A stretch of DNA of 17,611 nt from an uncultured Myxococcales bacterium (GTDB lineage: Bacteria; Myxococcota; UBA4151): positions 1 through 17,611 of the forward strand of contig CAXGWI010000068.1 of NCBI GenBank assembly GCA_964013405.1. Reading direction: 5' to 3'. The notes under the pieces are model-generated. The model did no database searches and was not told the origin of the DNA. It was given only the letters and a program-made list of their open reading frames with translations. The first letter of the stretch is position 1, and each line of letters starts with the position of its first letter. A program made the position numbers and the translations under genes. This document shows, in pieces, positions 15,960-17,611 of the stretch.

Positions 15960-17234
15960 TTAGTTGCCGAGGGCTCCTAGCCGCTGCCGGGCCTGGTCAT
16001 CGTAAGCTGAACTGCGGTCTTCACCGGAACTGGCCAGGTAGCGATTGTAATGGACCTTCGCCCGTTCCCGGTCGCCATCGAGGCGGTAGACCTCAGCCAA
16101 ACCGAAGTGAGCCAGCGCAAGGTCAGGCCGGAGCACCAGGGATCGTCCGTAGCTTTTCAGGGCGCCCGTTCGCTTATCCATCGCCAATTGGCAGGTTCCT
16201 AGGGCGAGATGGACTGCGTGGTCGTCCGGTTTCGCCTCCGCGGCCTTGGCCAGGCTGATGAGCGCCTGTTCAAACTGACTCTTCGAGAGTAGATCGAGCC
16301 CCATCGACAGGTCGCCCGACTCCTCTTCTTGTTTCTTTTCACCGACCCGTACCAGGGTCTCAGAGACCTTTTTGAGGTTGCCTTTGATCGGCTCGTTGGC
16401 CGGATCCAATTTGTTCGCGGCCAGCAAGGCAGCCTGGGCGCCTTTGAGGTCACCGGTCTCTGCGAGCACGACGCCCAGTTTGAAGTGGGCCTCTAAGCTC
16501 TTCGGGTCTCGCAACGCTGCGTCCCGGTAGGAATCGGCGGCCATGGCCGCGTTGCCCGCAGCCCGGAAATTGTCCCCTTGAACCACACTCTGTGCAGCGA
16601 TCTTGCGATGATAGGGCGCCGCAGCCTTCGACAGAACAGGCTTGGCACCGGCCGACGCACCGCCGGCCAGGGCTGCCTTCAGATCGGCGATCTTCTTTTG
16701 GGCTCGCTTGACGTACTTCTGCTCTTTCGGGCGCTTCTCCAACTCGACGTAACGTTCGTAGTTGGAGATCGAGAGCCGAGCTTCACCCAGCAAGCGGTAG
16801 GTTTCCGCCAGACCATAATAGCCATCAGGATCCATCTGTTCGACCGCTAGGTAGCCTTTGTAGAAGCCAACGGCTTCCTTGAGATAGGCCGTTTGATCGG
16901 CGGGCAAAGCAGAGGCCATCCCCGCTTTGCGCTGAACCAAGGCCATTTGATAGCGAGCCGCCGCCATGGTCGGGGCCTTCTTGATCAACTGCTTGAGTTC
17001 GTGAATCGCCTCATCAAAGCGCTTCTGTTTGTACATCGACTTTGCCAGCGGAAGCCGGAACTGGGCATTTTCAGGGTCCTCGTTGACCGCTTTCCGAAAC
17101 AGGCGTTCCGCTTCTGCGTAGGACTTGGCCTTGTAGGCTGCCTGGCCTTTGACGAAAGCGTCATTGGCTTCTTTGGGCCCGGCCAACGCGAGACTGGGAA
17201 CGAGTGCGAACAATAACAGGGTTTTATGCACCAC
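15960..17234 (-). CDS. Exported tetratricopeptide-repeat protein
   Basis: A signal-peptide-like N-terminus (HKTLLLFALVPSLALA) is followed by many TPR-like units (e.g. AERLFRKAVNEDPEN, AHFKLGVVLAETGDLKGA, AHFGLAEVYRLDGD). GGAGG lies 6 nt upstream of GTG 17234, which is preferred over 17282; GTG 17231 is also possible. Confidence 0.85.
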   Translation of the reverse strand: MVHKTLLLFALVPSLALAGPKEANDAFVKGQAAYKAKSYAEAERLFRKAVNEDPENAQFRLPLAKSMYKQKRFDEAIHELKQLIKKAPTMAAARYQMALVQRKAGMASALPADQTAYLKEAVGFYKGYLAVEQMDPDGYYGLAETYRLLGEARLSISNYERYVELEKRPKEQKYVKRAQKKIADLKAALAGGASAGAKPVLSKAAAPYHRKIAAQSVVQGDNFRAAGNAAMAADSYRDAALRDPKSLEAHFKLGVVLAETGDLKGAQAALLAANKLDPANEPIKGNLKKVSETLVRVGEKKQEEESGDLSMGLDLLSKSQFEQALISLAKAAEAKPDDHAVHLALGTCQLAMDKRTGALKSYGRSLVLRPDLALAHFGLAEVYRLDGDRERAKVHYNRYLASSGEDRSSAYDDQARQRLGALGN

Positions 17235-17353
17235 CAGGATCCTCCGGAATCTAGGCTGGGGGGGTCTTATCGCTTTCTTCACGGGTTGACCACAGGGCTC
17301 CGCTCCCCAGTCCTTTGTGAAGTATGCACTGAATCGTTTGGTCCGGCTATCCG

Positions 17354-17382
17354 TTGACCCGGCAGAGCCAGGCCACTAGAGG
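17354..17382 (+). promoter_or_regulatory. Candidate promoter for the skp/ompH gene
   Basis: TTGACC-N17-TAGAGG upstream of SD AGGAG and ATG 17410; the -10 match is weak. Confidence 0.25.
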
Positions 17383-17409
17383 AGCCTGCCGCTCGAGACA
17401 GGAGTGATC

Positions 17410-17611
17410 ATGTTCGCACGGATTCGAGACCTCATTCTCATGGCCACATTGCTGGCTCCCCTCCCCGCCTTTGCCCAGGCTAGTGATGGCCGGATCGGCA
17501 TCGTTCGCTTGCAGGACGCGCTGGTCAGTTGCCGCGAAGGAAAAGCTGCCAAAAAGAAATTGGAAGCTGACTTCACCGGCAAGCAGAACCAGTTGCGCAA
17601 TAAGGAAGCGG
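17410..17611 (+). CDS. skp: Skp/OmpH family periplasmic chaperone, 3'-truncated (not in the ORF track)
   Basis: My translation is MFARIRDLILMATLLAPLPAFAQASDGRIGIVRLQDALVSCREGKAAKKKLEADFTGKQNQLRNKEA. It shows a signal peptide ending AFA, then the OmpH-like 'rIGiV.lq.al....EGK.A...Le..f...Q..L' start. The SD is AGGAG and the frame is open to the window end. Confidence 0.8.
   Translation, partial: MFARIRDLILMATLLAPLPAFAQASDGRIGIVRLQDALVSCREGKAAKKKLEADFTGKQNQLRNKEA

Noticed and set aside
17376..17600. 74-aa minus-strand ORF in the track
   Set aside because: It is antisense to the better-supported Skp/OmpH reading frame, which has an SD and a signal peptide.
1..17611. tRNA, rRNA, CRISPR array, IS element or c-di-AMP riboswitch
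   Set aside because: All intergenic gaps are under about 180 nt and show no such repeats or conserved motifs by eye. An Rfam/Infernal scan would be the decisive test.

Overview
Gene-dense, GC-rich bacterial chromosomal window made up mostly of housekeeping genes. The combination of cdaA-cdaR-glmM-pdxJ-nnr-tsaE with a Skp/OmpH gene suggests a diderm of the Myxococcota/Desulfobacterota (former Deltaproteobacteria) type; this is an inference, not a placement. From left to right: the 3' half of der (engA) translationally coupled to a YihY/BrkB membrane protein; a minus-strand group of aldo/keto reductase, Bax inhibitor-1-like protein and an orphan membrane protein; a DEDDh 3'-5' exonuclease; an SprA-related HExxH protein; a compact pgi-glgP pair; a class II glutamine amidotransferase; a seven-gene minus-strand operon (exported TPR protein, cdaA, cdaR, glmM, pdxJ, nnr, tsaE); and the 5' end of a Skp/OmpH gene that is missing from the ORF track. 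I see no RNA genes, mobile elements, CRISPR arrays or long repeats, and I cannot support a clearly new system. The best leads are the c-di-AMP operon headed by a secreted TPR protein (folP and acpS are absent from their usual slots), the minimal pgi/glucan phosphorylase pair, a possible vitamin B6 / metabolite-repair theme, and several poorly characterised proteins.
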